Shown here: positions 1 to 8,612 of the stretch, in pieces
How positions within the stretch are numbered: position 1 is the stretch's first letter
How the letters are laid out: every line of letters starts with the position of its first letter
Source of the DNA: Bdellovibrionales bacterium
GTDB taxonomy: Bacteria > Bdellovibrionota > Bdellovibrionia > Bdellovibrionales > UBA840
Length of the DNA: 27,078 bases
Direction of reading: 5' to 3'
Assembly (NCBI GenBank): GCA_037969075.1
Contig: JBBKWS010000165.1
Coordinates: 1-27,078, forward strand
The notes under the pieces: generated by a model
Told to the model about the DNA's origin: nothing
What the model saw: only the letters and a program-made list of their open reading frames with translations
Databases searched by the model: none
Position numbers and translations under genes: made by a program

Positions 1-243
1 TTTGTAGTCGATGTAAATGTAACTGCGCCTAAAGCTACAGTTCTAAAGATGAATGTACCTCGCTGTAATGGTGATGAAAATTTAAAAATGGGCAAATATA
101 TTTTATATTATGATGCCACCATTATCCGTAAAGACGGCAAACCCCTTATTGATGTCTGGAATGACGGTGAGGATCATCAAGATCATAAAATAATAGAAGC
201 AGGATTACTATGTAACGCCATTGTTACTGGCTGTCAGGAATAA
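1..243 (+). CDS. Hypothetical protein, 5'-truncated (C-terminal 80 aa)
   Basis: Frame 1 is open from base 1 (FVVDVNVTAPKATVLKMNVPRC...GCQE*), so the ORF-track start at 49 is probably internal. No recognisable family. Confidence 0.6.
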   Translation, partial: FVVDVNVTAPKATVLKMNVPRCNGDENLKMGKYILYYDATIIRKDGKPLIDVWNDGEDHQDHKIIEAGLLCNAIVTGCQE

Positions 244-542
244 GCGACACTATAGCCCCGGTTTCCTCAGTAGAGCCTTTAAGCTGGCCTACTTTAGTGT
301 TAGTGGGCTCCATAAATAATCTATAAACATTTGAATTTATAAGATTTTTTACTGCTTAATCTAACGCCTGTCGAAATGTACTGGCTGTCACATGTAAATT
401 ATAAATAGAGATAATATAAAACAACATCACGGAAGTAGGCCACTAAATTAAGCTCTGTTTAAATTACAGGCACCATTGTAAAAGTCTTCAAACTAGTTTA
501 ATTCTTTGGCTAACATTAATTATTTAACTTTAGGAGTTATTT

Positions 543-941
543 ATGAAGAATTTTTTCGCTGTTTTTTTAATCCTTTGCACTTCTATTCTGGCTAAAGCTG
601 ACCTTATAGGTAAAGCCGTACTTGATATAACTTGTACTAGTGATGAGAATCCTAAGGTCATTAAAATCATTTCTAAAGCAGAAGGTTCGTCAGTAGAAGT
701 CAATGGCCTTATAGTAAATGAAGATGAACAGCTAATGGGTGGCACTGAAGGCGGCGATCCATACCTTCAGGCTGTAGGCGGCGGATATAATATCACTCTT
801 GTCGGCGGTGATTTCCAAACGGCATTTTACGACCGTACTACAATTGAAAATGGTACGGCTAAAGCCTACGTAAATGCCTATGATATTAATGAAAGCTATA
901 AAGCTACTTGTATAGGTAAATATTCATTTGTAGAAGAGTAG
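543..941 (+). CDS. Secreted hypothetical protein (132 aa)
   Basis: AGGAG RBS at 532-536; Sec signal MKNFFAVFLILCTSILAKA; two mature Cys (possible disulfide); followed by a terminator. Confidence 0.8.
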   Translation: MKNFFAVFLILCTSILAKADLIGKAVLDITCTSDENPKVIKIISKAEGSSVEVNGLIVNEDEQLMGGTEGGDPYLQAVGGGYNITLVGGDFQTAFYDRTTIENGTAKAYVNAYDINESYKATCIGKYSFVEE

Positions 942-962
942 TATTAAATATTTTCACTCAAT

Positions 963-993
963 AAAGTACTGGCCACACGGTCAGTGCTTTTAT
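963..993 (+). terminator. Intrinsic terminator
   Basis: Stem AAAGTACTGGCC / GGTCAGTGCTTT (two G-U pairs), ACAC loop, T-rich tail, about 20 nt after the stop at 941. Confidence 0.7.
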
Positions 994-1080
994 ATCAATC
1001 TAAATCTTACAGCCATTCCCTTCATGACATCATGATACACACATGCTAACTCAAGTTTGCGTTTAACAGTGGAGTTGCAC

Positions 1081-1473
1081 ATGCCTCTATTTAGAAAAAT
1101 CGATTGCCTCTTGCTTAAAGTTGATAATTTAGAAGACGGATTAATGTTTTACTCTAAAAAACTTGGCCACGAAATCTTATGGAAAACTTCAACTGCAGCA
1201 GGGCTCAAGTTGCCAAACTCTACGGCGGAGTTAGTTATTAGTACTGAAAACGGGCCTGAAACAGACCTAAAAGTAGAGGATACACAACAGGCCTATAATA
1301 AGCTTTTGCAAGCTGGAGCAAAGTCAATCGTGCCTCCATTTGAAATTAAGATTGGTTACTGTGCAGTCGTTGAAGATCCGTGGGGAAACCTTCTCACTAT
1401 ACTTGATACTTCTAAGGGACTCTTAAAAACTGATTCTCAAAAGAATGTCATAGGAAATGAAACGCCTAGATAA
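1081..1473 (+). CDS. VOC / glyoxalase / bleomycin-resistance family protein
   Basis: FYSKKLG and PFEIKIGYCAVVEDPWGN motifs typical of VOC proteins; GGAG at 1071-1074 favours ATG 1081 over TTG 1057. Confidence 0.85.
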   Translation: MPLFRKIDCLLLKVDNLEDGLMFYSKKLGHEILWKTSTAAGLKLPNSTAELVISTENGPETDLKVEDTQQAYNKLLQAGAKSIVPPFEIKIGYCAVVEDPWGNLLTILDTSKGLLKTDSQKNVIGNETPR

Positions 1474-1608
1474 CTGGAATGAGCCCCGTTGATCAGATGC
1501 TATAGACCCATAATTTTTGTGTGGAACGGTCAGCGCCTTAATACGTAATTTCGGGTCATTGAATATTGATTGTGTACAAAATCGAAAAAAATAGTATCAT
1601 CACTGTTG

Positions 1609-2271
1609 ATGAGAACAATCAAAAAACCAATTTTTATCATTTCATTGTTGGTTGTTGTTGGACTCCTTTTCCTAATTATTTATAAGAAATTCGAGAATCA
1701 GCCCGACAGCCCTACTTTATTTGAAGTTGGAGTTGGGTCTGTCTCTACTGAAATTAGCGACTTTGCCGTTAGGGAAATCACCGGAGACCAATATAAAAAA
1801 CAGACAGTGCGCTTTACTAACGGGATGCAACTGGTCGATTTTGGCTATTTCGTTTCATACATAGGTGCGCTCTGGTATGAAGGAAAGTTCGCGATGTTAC
1901 TGCTCGGTAGAAATGATTGCGCAGAATGCGAGCCGACCAGATCACTAGTTGTCTATTCTCTAAATAGAGGCATGGAAATGGAATTTATTTATCCTGGAAA
2001 ACAATGGCTTGTCGATCCTTCACAAAACCCGGTGAAAGAAAGGGTTGTTTCCTCGGTAAGAGCATTCTTCGGAAATTGTATGCCAAATTTCGATACACAC
2101 CTGCTTTGGATTTCAGATAAAGCGAATAATGCTAAAATTGTATTTTTAAATTCCGAAGGAACTATTGAGCAGGTAGAGGTATCTTATCAGGCTGCTATAA
2201 ACTCTGTGAAAAATTTAGCATCTCATCAATGCACTGAAATCCCTGGCGAAGACCAATCGCAATATAAATAG
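1609..2271 (+). CDS. Membrane-anchored exported hypothetical protein
   Basis: MRTIKKP followed by a hydrophobic helix (IFIISLLVVVGLLFLIIY); CxxC (CAEC) plus two further Cys. ATG 1609 chosen over TTG 1570; start uncertain. Confidence 0.7.
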   Translation: MRTIKKPIFIISLLVVVGLLFLIIYKKFENQPDSPTLFEVGVGSVSTEISDFAVREITGDQYKKQTVRFTNGMQLVDFGYFVSYIGALWYEGKFAMLLLGRNDCAECEPTRSLVVYSLNRGMEMEFIYPGKQWLVDPSQNPVKERVVSSVRAFFGNCMPNFDTHLLWISDKANNAKIVFLNSEGTIEQVEVSYQAAINSVKNLASHQCTEIPGEDQSQYK

Positions 2272-2302
2272 AATCTTATAATAATTGTTCAATAGGGAAG
2301 TT

Positions 2303-2677
2303 TTAAGAAACCTTCTCAAAAATTTGCGATAAGACCTGTTTACGATCTTGTCTTGATTCTTCTATATAATAGATCAAATCGTCGACGATCTGCACGTCGC
2401 GGTTGTTGGTGTGAAAGAATTCGACGCCCATGCCGTAGTCGTTTTTCCAAACGATCTTGGCAGTAACATCGCGCTTTCTGGTGCCGACGCTAAAAGTAAG
2501 GTGAATTTTCTCGGATAAGCCAAAGTCTAAATCGCCCGTTTTTAAAAAGGCTCCACTTAAGCTGATATTGATCAATTTGCCCTTAAGCTCTTGTCTACCG
2601 TAGGTTTTTCTGTAATTAACCTCAACGGCTAACATTACTCGTTTGGCTGGGCTTGTATCAGATTTAAGCGACTTCAT
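2303..2677 (-). CDS. Stand-alone PilZ-domain protein (putative c-di-GMP receptor)
   Basis: NxSxxG motif (NISLSG) and AKIVW...GMGVEF PilZ C-terminal pattern; RxxxR is degenerate (SPAKR); GGAGG RBS. Confidence 0.85.
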   Translation of the reverse strand: MKSLKSDTSPAKRVMLAVEVNYRKTYGRQELKGKLINISLSGAFLKTGDLDFGLSEKIHLTFSVGTRKRDVTAKIVWKNDYGMGVEFFHTNNRDVQIVDDLIYYIEESRQDRKQVLSQIFEKVS

Positions 2678-2696
2678 GGTTTATCCTCCATAGTAA

Positions 2697-2723
2697 CTAT
2701 CGGAGAGGTAAACTCAAAATTTA
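2697..2723 (-). promoter_or_regulatory. Sigma28 (FliA) promoter of the PilZ gene
   Basis: Minus strand reads TAAA-N15-TCCGATAG versus consensus TAAA-N15-GCCGATAA, ending 19 nt before the ATG. Confidence 0.75.
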
Positions 2724-2812
2724 ACATTTCCCTAGTTTTTTTAGAGGTTTAGACCTTGTTCCTGCGTCAGTTTGGTACAAAATCTCAGGCTGAGACACTA
2801 GGGTGAATCTGA

Positions 2813-2841
2813 TTGACATTTTGGCTTGATAGCCTCATATT
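2813..2841 (+). promoter_or_regulatory. Sigma70 promoter of rho
   Basis: TTGACA (2813-2818)-N17-CATATT (2836-2841). Confidence 0.65.
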
Positions 2842-2957
2842 AGACCTTAAGACGCACTAAAAATTCTATCGTCTTCTTCCAAAAGTAAAATCAATTTTAA
2901 AGGAATTCTACATTATACAATCTAAAGCTATATCAATAATACCATTAAGGAGCTCTT

Positions 2958-4643
2958 GTGTCCGAAGAATCTAGTCAAGTAGATAAGAAGAAAGCTACCC
3001 GCCCTAAGCGCGCACCAGCCGAAGCTAAAACCAAAGCAGCAGCTCCCGCTCCAGCGGCAGCAGCTCCGGCTCCAGAGACACCAGCGGTAAGCGCACCCGC
3101 TCCGGCGGCAGCAGCAACAAGCGAAGCTCCTAGGCAAGAGACCCGAGAGCAGGCACCGGCTCCACGAAGATATACCAATAATAACAACTCTCATCGCAGC
3201 AACAATAATCCTCGCAATAACAATCCTCGAAACAACAATCACCGCAGTGGTGGTCGTAATGACAGAAATGATCGCCAAGGATACGATAGAAACGCTGGTG
3301 CAGATCGCGGCGTAAGAAGAGATATGGAGGAACTAGCACCTCCACAAGAAATTGATGAAAACTTTGTCTGTGAGTTGTCTGAAGAAGAAAAAAAGGATTT
3401 AAGTTCAAAAAATCTAAAATCAAAAAATATCACAGAGCTTACTGCTCTTGCCACAAAACTTGGGGTTGAAAACGCCGCAGGTCTTCGTCGCCAAGATTCA
3501 GTGTTTGAAATTTTACGCCGTGCTGCTCGTATGGGTGATATTTTCGGAACAGGTTGCCTAGAGATCCTACCGGATGGTTACGGATTTTTACGTTCTCCCG
3601 ATTATAATTACCTACCAGGCCCAGATGATATTTATGTTTCACCAAGTCAGATTCGCAGAATGGGTCTTAGAACCGGCGACTATGTTACTGGTACGATTCG
3701 TCCACCAAAAGATGGGGAGAGATACTTTGCGCTTTTAAAAATTGAAAGCCTAAACTACGAAGACCCGTCAGTTAATAAAGAGAAAATTTTATTTGATAAC
3801 TTAACACCACTTTATCCTGAAGAGCGTTTAGTTTTAGAGACGACGCCAAACAGATACACAACTCGCGTTGTAGATTTAATGGCACCCATTGGTAAGGGAC
3901 AGCGTGGGTTAATTGTTGCTCCTCCAAGAACTGGTAAAACAGTTTTATTACAAGATATTGCGAATGCGATCTCTACCAATCATCCTGCTGTAAAACTAAT
4001 AGTTTTATTAATCGATGAACGACCAGAGGAAGTTACTGACATGGCCCGTACTGTAAAAGGTGAAGTGGTCAGCTCTACCTTTGATGAACCACCAACTCGT
4101 CACGTACAAGTTGCAGAGATGGTTTTAGAAAAAGCAAAACGATTGGTTGAGCACAAGCATGATGTGGTAATTCTTTTGGATTCGATCACTCGTCTTGCCA
4201 GAGCCTACAATACCGTAGTTCCACCTTCGGGTAAGATCTTGTCGGGTGGTGTGGACTCTAACGCCCTACATAAGCCCAAGCGCTTTTTTGGTGCGGCTAG
4301 AAATATCGAAGAAGGCGGCTCATTAACGATTATTGCTACTGCCCTAATTGATACTGGCTCTCGAATGGACGAAGTAATTTTTGAGGAGTTCAAAGGAACT
4401 GGTAACTCAGAGATACATTTAGACCGAAAACTGATGGAAAAGCGTATATTTCCATGTATGGATATTAATAAGTCAGGCACCCGTAAAGAAGACCTGCTTA
4501 TTGAAAAGAACGAGCTAAGTCGTCTATGGATTTTACGTAAGGTATTGGCTCCAATGAATGTGGTAGATAGCATGGAGTTTATCCTAGATAAGCTAGAGGC
4601 GACGAAGAGCAACGCAGAGTTCATCACATCGATGAACGGGTAA
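2958..4643 (+). CDS. rho: Transcription termination factor Rho with a ~140-aa low-complexity N-terminal extension
   Basis: [18 protein letters not shown], Walker [35 protein letters not shown] and FEEFKGTGN motifs; AAGGAG RBS before GTG. Confidence 0.99.
   Translation: MSEESSQVDKKKATRPKRAPAEAKTKAAAPAPAAAAPAPETPAVSAPAPAAAATSEAPRQETREQAPAPRRYTNNNNSHRSNNNPRNNNPRNNNHRSGGRNDRNDRQGYDRNAGADRGVRRDMEELAPPQEIDENFVCELSEEEKKDLSSKNLKSKNITELTALATKLGVENAAGLRRQDSVFEILRRAARMGDIFGTGCLEILPDGYGFLRSPDYNYLPGPDDIYVSPSQIRRMGLRTGDYVTGTIRPPKDGERYFALLKIESLNYEDPSVNKEKILFDNLTPLYPEERLVLETTPNRYTTRVVDLMAPIGKGQRGLIVAPPRTGKTVLLQDIANAISTNHPAVKLIVLLIDERPEEVTDMARTVKGEVVSSTFDEPPTRHVQVAEMVLEKAKRLVEHKHDVVILLDSITRLARAYNTVVPPSGKILSGGVDSNALHKPKRFFGAARNIEEGGSLTIIATALIDTGSRMDEVIFEEFKGTGNSEIHLDRKLMEKRIFPCMDINKSGTRKEDLLIEKNELSRLWILRKVLAPMNVVDSMEFILDKLEATKSNAEFITSMNG
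3201..3245 (+). repeat. 3 x 15-bp imperfect in-frame tandem repeat encoding [15 protein letters not shown] within rho
   Basis: AACAATAATCCTCGC / AATAACAATCCTCGA / AACAACAATCACCGC. Confidence 0.85.
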
Positions 4644-4751
4644 TAGTATAAGGCTTTGAAAATATTACTGTTTTTAGCCCACACTTTTAGCTCGACAAGA
4701 GCTTAAAAACTGTGATATTTCAAGCACTTCAATATTAAAGAGGAAAAGCGT

Positions 4752-4970
4752 ATGAAACCAGAAATCCACCCAAAATACTTTAACGATGCATCCGTATCTT
4801 GCGTATGTGGTAATACATTTAAAACAGGAGCAACAGTTCCTGAAATAAAAGTCGAAATTTGTAGCGAATGCCACCCGTTTTATACTGGTAAGCAAAAAAT
4901 GCTAGATACTGAAGGCCGTGTAGAAAGATTCAATAAGCGTTACGCTAATTTTAATACAGCTCGTAAGTAA
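4752..4970 (+). CDS. rpmE: 50S ribosomal protein L31 (Zn-binding type)
   Basis: [12 protein letters not shown]...[18 protein letters not shown]; all four Cys ligands present. Confidence 0.99.
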   Translation: MKPEIHPKYFNDASVSCVCGNTFKTGATVPEIKVEICSECHPFYTGKQKMLDTEGRVERFNKRYANFNTARK

Positions 4971-4993
4971 CTAATTTGAAACGTTTATAAATG

Positions 4994-5022
4994 TAAGCAG
5001 GCTATGGCCTGCTTATTTTTTT
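4994..5022 (+). terminator. Intrinsic terminator between rpmE and prfA
   Basis: Perfect 9-bp stem TAAGCAGGC-TATG-GCCTGCTTA followed by T7. Confidence 0.85.
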
Positions 5023-5033
5023 ATGAGGACAGT

Positions 5034-6107
5034 ATGTTTGATCAACTAGATGGTGTTGAGTCCCGCTTCGAAGAAGTCAGCATGAAGTTACAAGACCCCG
5101 AGGTCACTTCTAATAACGAAAAATATAAAAAATTAATGAAGGACTTTTCAGACTTACAAATCGTAGTTGATTTGTATCGTCGTTATAAAAAACTGTCCCA
5201 GCAAATTAAAGATAACAAAGATATTTTGGCCAATGAAAATGATGAAGAACTTAGAGCTATGGCCAAAGAAGAAATGGGTAGTTTAGAAGAAGATCTTGAT
5301 CAAACCGAACACGCGCTAAAATTAGCACTACTACCTAAAGACCCAAGTGACGGCAAAGATATTATTTTAGAGATCAGAGCAGGAGCAGGCGGTGACGAGG
5401 CGGGCCTTTTTGCCATGGAACTCTTCGAGGGATATGTGCACTTTGCAAAGGCGCAGGGCTGGAGTGTTGAGATTTTATCAACGTCAGAGGGCAATGCCGG
5501 TGGTTACAAAGAGGTCTGTGCATCCATTACAGGTGACAAGGTCTTTGCAAGATTAAAATATGAATCAGGCGTACACCGCGTGCAAAGGGTGCCGAAAACG
5601 GAAACTCAGGGCCGCGTTCATACTTCGACAATAACGGTTGCGGTGCTTCCAGAAGCTGACGCTGTAGAAGTAAATATTAATATGAATGATGTAAGGGTAG
5701 ATGTGTATAGATCAGGTGGAGCAGGTGGGCAGAGTGTAAATACCACGGATTCAGCTGTAAGATTAACCCATGCTCCGTCGGGTCTAGTTGTTATTTGCCA
5801 AGATGAAAAATCACAAATTAAAAACAAAGCAAAAGCGCTTAAGGTTTTATACGCTAGACTTTTACAGGCCAAACAAGATGCAGCGACAAAAGATGCATCC
5901 GATGCAAGACTTTCGCAAATTGGTACTGGCGACAGATCAGAGAGAATTAGAACCTACAACTTTCCTCAATCTAGAATTACTGATCACAGGATTGGTTTAA
6001 CGATTCACTCGTTAACTGATGTGATGGCAGGCCATATGGAAAATATTGTCGACCCTGTAATTGCCCACTTTCAAGCTGAGGCACTGAAGTCTCAGAGTCA
6101 GAAATGA
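5034..6107 (+). CDS. prfA: Peptide chain release factor 1
   Basis: PxT recognition motif (RVPKTE), GGQ (GGAGGQSVN), [10 protein letters not shown]. Start moved to ATG 5034 (GAGGA at 5025-5029); the ORF-track ATG 5004 lies in the terminator loop. Confidence 0.98.
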   Translation: MFDQLDGVESRFEEVSMKLQDPEVTSNNEKYKKLMKDFSDLQIVVDLYRRYKKLSQQIKDNKDILANENDEELRAMAKEEMGSLEEDLDQTEHALKLALLPKDPSDGKDIILEIRAGAGGDEAGLFAMELFEGYVHFAKAQGWSVEILSTSEGNAGGYKEVCASITGDKVFARLKYESGVHRVQRVPKTETQGRVHTSTITVAVLPEADAVEVNINMNDVRVDVYRSGGAGGQSVNTTDSAVRLTHAPSGLVVICQDEKSQIKNKAKALKVLYARLLQAKQDAATKDASDARLSQIGTGDRSERIRTYNFPQSRITDHRIGLTIHSLTDVMAGHMENIVDPVIAHFQAEALKSQSQK

Positions 6108-6964
6108 TCTTAAGAGAGGTTTTAAATAAGACAGAAGCCCATTATAAAAAAATAGGATTTGATCGCCCTCGGTTTGAGGCTGAAATGGTTTTAGCTGCAG
6201 CATTAAATTGGAAGCGGATGGAACTTTTTTTAAAATTAGATTATCCACTGCAAGAGGTAGAGGTTGTTCGCTGTAGGGATTTTGTATCAAGACGCGGAAA
6301 AGGTGAGCCACTAGCTTATATCGAAAATCAGAAAGAGTTTTACGGCTATAATTTTTTTGTAGATAAAAATGTATTAGTGCCAAGACCAGAGACAGAACAC
6401 TTGGTAGATAAAGCATTAGAGTTAATTAAAAAACATAATTTAAAATCGGTATTAGATATTGGCACAGGCAGTGGTTGCATACCAATTGCAATTTTAAAAA
6501 TTGTCGAAGGCGTAACGGCCACAGCTGTTGATATTTCTAAACAGGCCTGTGAGATTGCCAGTAAAAATGCTATCGCAAATGAAGTTGCAGATAGGATTAA
6601 TGTTATAAACGCAGATTTTTCTGATGAAATTACTCATAATAATTTTAATTTTTCTAGCATAGATGTAATTACCGCTAACCCGCCATATATTTCTCTATCA
6701 GATGTAAATGTACAAAAATCAGTTAAGGACTATGAGCCACACCTAGCTCTTTTTGCAAAAGAGGATGGTCTTGAATTCTATAAGTCTTGGTACAAGAGCT
6801 TATCAATATTGGCTAGACCTGGGGCATATCTTTTATTTGAGATAGGACAAACGCAACGTTTAGAAATAGTAAAAATTTTAGCAGATCTAAAAGTCTTTGC
6901 AGACATAGAGTGTTTAAAAGATTACTCTGGTAAAGATAGAATTATTTATTGTGTAAAAAAGTAG
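6104..6964 (+). CDS. prmC: Release factor glutamine N5-methyltransferase (HemK)
   Basis: [23 protein letters not shown] and NPPY motifs; ATGA overlap with prfA. Confidence 0.97.
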   Translation: MILREVLNKTEAHYKKIGFDRPRFEAEMVLAAALNWKRMELFLKLDYPLQEVEVVRCRDFVSRRGKGEPLAYIENQKEFYGYNFFVDKNVLVPRPETEHLVDKALELIKKHNLKSVLDIGTGSGCIPIAILKIVEGVTATAVDISKQACEIASKNAIANEVADRINVINADFSDEITHNNFNFSSIDVITANPPYISLSDVNVQKSVKDYEPHLALFAKEDGLEFYKSWYKSLSILARPGAYLLFEIGQTQRLEIVKILADLKVFADIECLKDYSGKDRIIYCVKK

Positions 6965-6969
6965 GGCTT

Positions 6970-8226
6970 ATGGATCGTATGTTAATTGATGGCGGCGTTA
7001 CGCTAAATGGTAAAGTAAAAGTTAGTGGTGCTAAAAACTCTATACTGCCACTTTTGTTTTCGACACTTCTTGCAAAAGGTAAACATAAATTTTCAAATGT
7101 TCCAAAGCTAGCGGATGTAGATTCTGCCCTAACTCTGCTAAAAGAACTGGGTGCAACATACTCTTGGGACGGCAATAGTCTTGAGGTAATCACAAATGAT
7201 CTTACATCAAATGAAGCGCATTATGATATCGTTAGAAAAATGAGAGCTAGTATTTTATGTATGGGCCCATTACTAGCAAGAACAGGATCTGCTAGTGTAA
7301 GTTTGCCAGGTGGTTGTGCCATAGGTTCTCGTCCGATCGATCTACATTTAGAGGCGTTTCAAGAAATGGGTGCAACTATTGAAAATAAAAGTGGATATAT
7401 CATTGCAACGGCAAAGCCTTTAAAAGGGGCCAATGTTTTATTTGATATAACAACTGTTGGCGGGACCGAGAATGTTATGATGGCTGCCGTTCTTGCAGAG
7501 GGGTCTACCACCATCGAGAACGCGGCAAAAGAGCCTGAGATTGTAGATTTGGCAGAGTATTTAAATAAAATGGGCGCAAACGTCGTCGGCGCAGGAACCG
7601 GAGTAATAAGTATTAGCGGTGTTAAAGAATTAAGTCCAGCGTCGCATAGTGTAGTGCCTGATAGAATTGAGGCGGGGACATTATTAATCGCAGGAGCAAT
7701 AACAGGTGGAGACGTTGAGGTTCTTGACTGCAGACCGAAAGATATCGAAACATTAATTCATAAATTAAGAGAATCTGGATTTAAAATTGAAGAAGGAGAG
7801 GATTGGGTCAGAGTTTTTCCTAATAACTCCTGGAAAGCTGTTGATATTACAACTGCTGCTCACCCGGGGTTTCCTACAGATTTGCAGGCTCAATTTATGG
7901 CATTAATGACAATAGCTAAGGGTACAAGCGTAATCTCAGAAACTATCTTTGAAAACCGCTTTATGCATGTGCAAGAATTGGCAAGGCTTGGGGCGGATAT
8001 ACAGCCAAAATCAAGAGTGGCGGTAGTTAGAGGCAAAGAAGTTTTAACTGCAGCTCCTGTTATGGCAACGGACTTACGTGCAAGTGCCAGCTTAATATTA
8101 GCTGGCCTAGTCGCGAAAGGCACCACTGAGGTTTTACGTATTTATCATTTAGATAGAGGTTACGAGAAATTAGAGGTAAAATTAAGCTCACTAGGTGCAA
8201 AGATAAGACGCGAAAAAGAAACCTAG
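6970..8226 (+). CDS. murA: UDP-N-acetylglucosamine 1-carboxyvinyltransferase
   Basis: SGAKNS, LPGGCAIGSRP (active-site Cys present), PGFPTDLQ, TDLRA, HLDRGYE; start set at MDRMLI (ATG 6970). Confidence 0.98.
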   Translation: MDRMLIDGGVTLNGKVKVSGAKNSILPLLFSTLLAKGKHKFSNVPKLADVDSALTLLKELGATYSWDGNSLEVITNDLTSNEAHYDIVRKMRASILCMGPLLARTGSASVSLPGGCAIGSRPIDLHLEAFQEMGATIENKSGYIIATAKPLKGANVLFDITTVGGTENVMMAAVLAEGSTTIENAAKEPEIVDLAEYLNKMGANVVGAGTGVISISGVKELSPASHSVVPDRIEAGTLLIAGAITGGDVEVLDCRPKDIETLIHKLRESGFKIEEGEDWVRVFPNNSWKAVDITTAAHPGFPTDLQAQFMALMTIAKGTSVISETIFENRFMHVQELARLGADIQPKSRVAVVRGKEVLTAAPVMATDLRASASLILAGLVAKGTTEVLRIYHLDRGYEKLEVKLSSLGAKIRREKET

Positions 8227-8237
8227 ACCTTAGTACT

Positions 8238-8266
8238 TTGCTTTCCTATGAAAGCTTCGACATAAT
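8238..8266 (+). promoter_or_regulatory. Internal sigma70 promoter, probably giving a leaderless hinT transcript
   Basis: TTGCTT-N17-CATAAT; the predicted +1 coincides with ATG 8273; no SD upstream. Confidence 0.6.
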
Positions 8267-8272
8267 AAAATG

Positions 8273-8605
8273 ATGGAATGCATCTTTTGCAAAATCATCG
8301 ATAAAAAAATTCCTGCAAATATTGTCTATGAAAATGACGAGGTAATAGCGTTTAAGGATATTAATCCATCAGCGCCAACCCATATTCTGTTTGTGCCAAA
8401 ACAACATATTGAACGGCTAGATAATATCTCGTCGGATGATACTAAAATAGTGGTAGATATTCATAAAGCAATTTTAAAATTTTCTGAAGAAAAACAATTG
8501 CGCGAAAGTGGATTTCGCGTGCAAGTAAATGTAGGTAAAGGTGGGGGGCAAGTAGTATTTCACCTGCACTACCATTTACTATCAAACAAAAATATTGATA
8601 CATAG
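8273..8605 (+). CDS. hinT: Histidine triad (HIT) nucleotide-binding protein
   Basis: CIFCKI, AFKDINP.APTHIL and GQVVFHLHYHLL triad. Start is 8270 or 8273. Confidence 0.93.
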   Translation: MECIFCKIIDKKIPANIVYENDEVIAFKDINPSAPTHILFVPKQHIERLDNISSDDTKIVVDIHKAILKFSEEKQLRESGFRVQVNVGKGGGQVVFHLHYHLLSNKNIDT

Positions 8606-8612
8606 GTGATTC

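Noticed and set aside
436..453. Sigma54-like sequence GTAGGCCACTAAATTAAGC upstream of gene 543
   Set aside because: GG-to-GC spacing is not the required N10.
244..1608. Integron attC sites between the accessory genes
   Set aside because: An RYYYAAC (359-365) is present, but no matching GTTRRRY with a paired stem or repeated spacer structure was found, and there is no integrase in the window.
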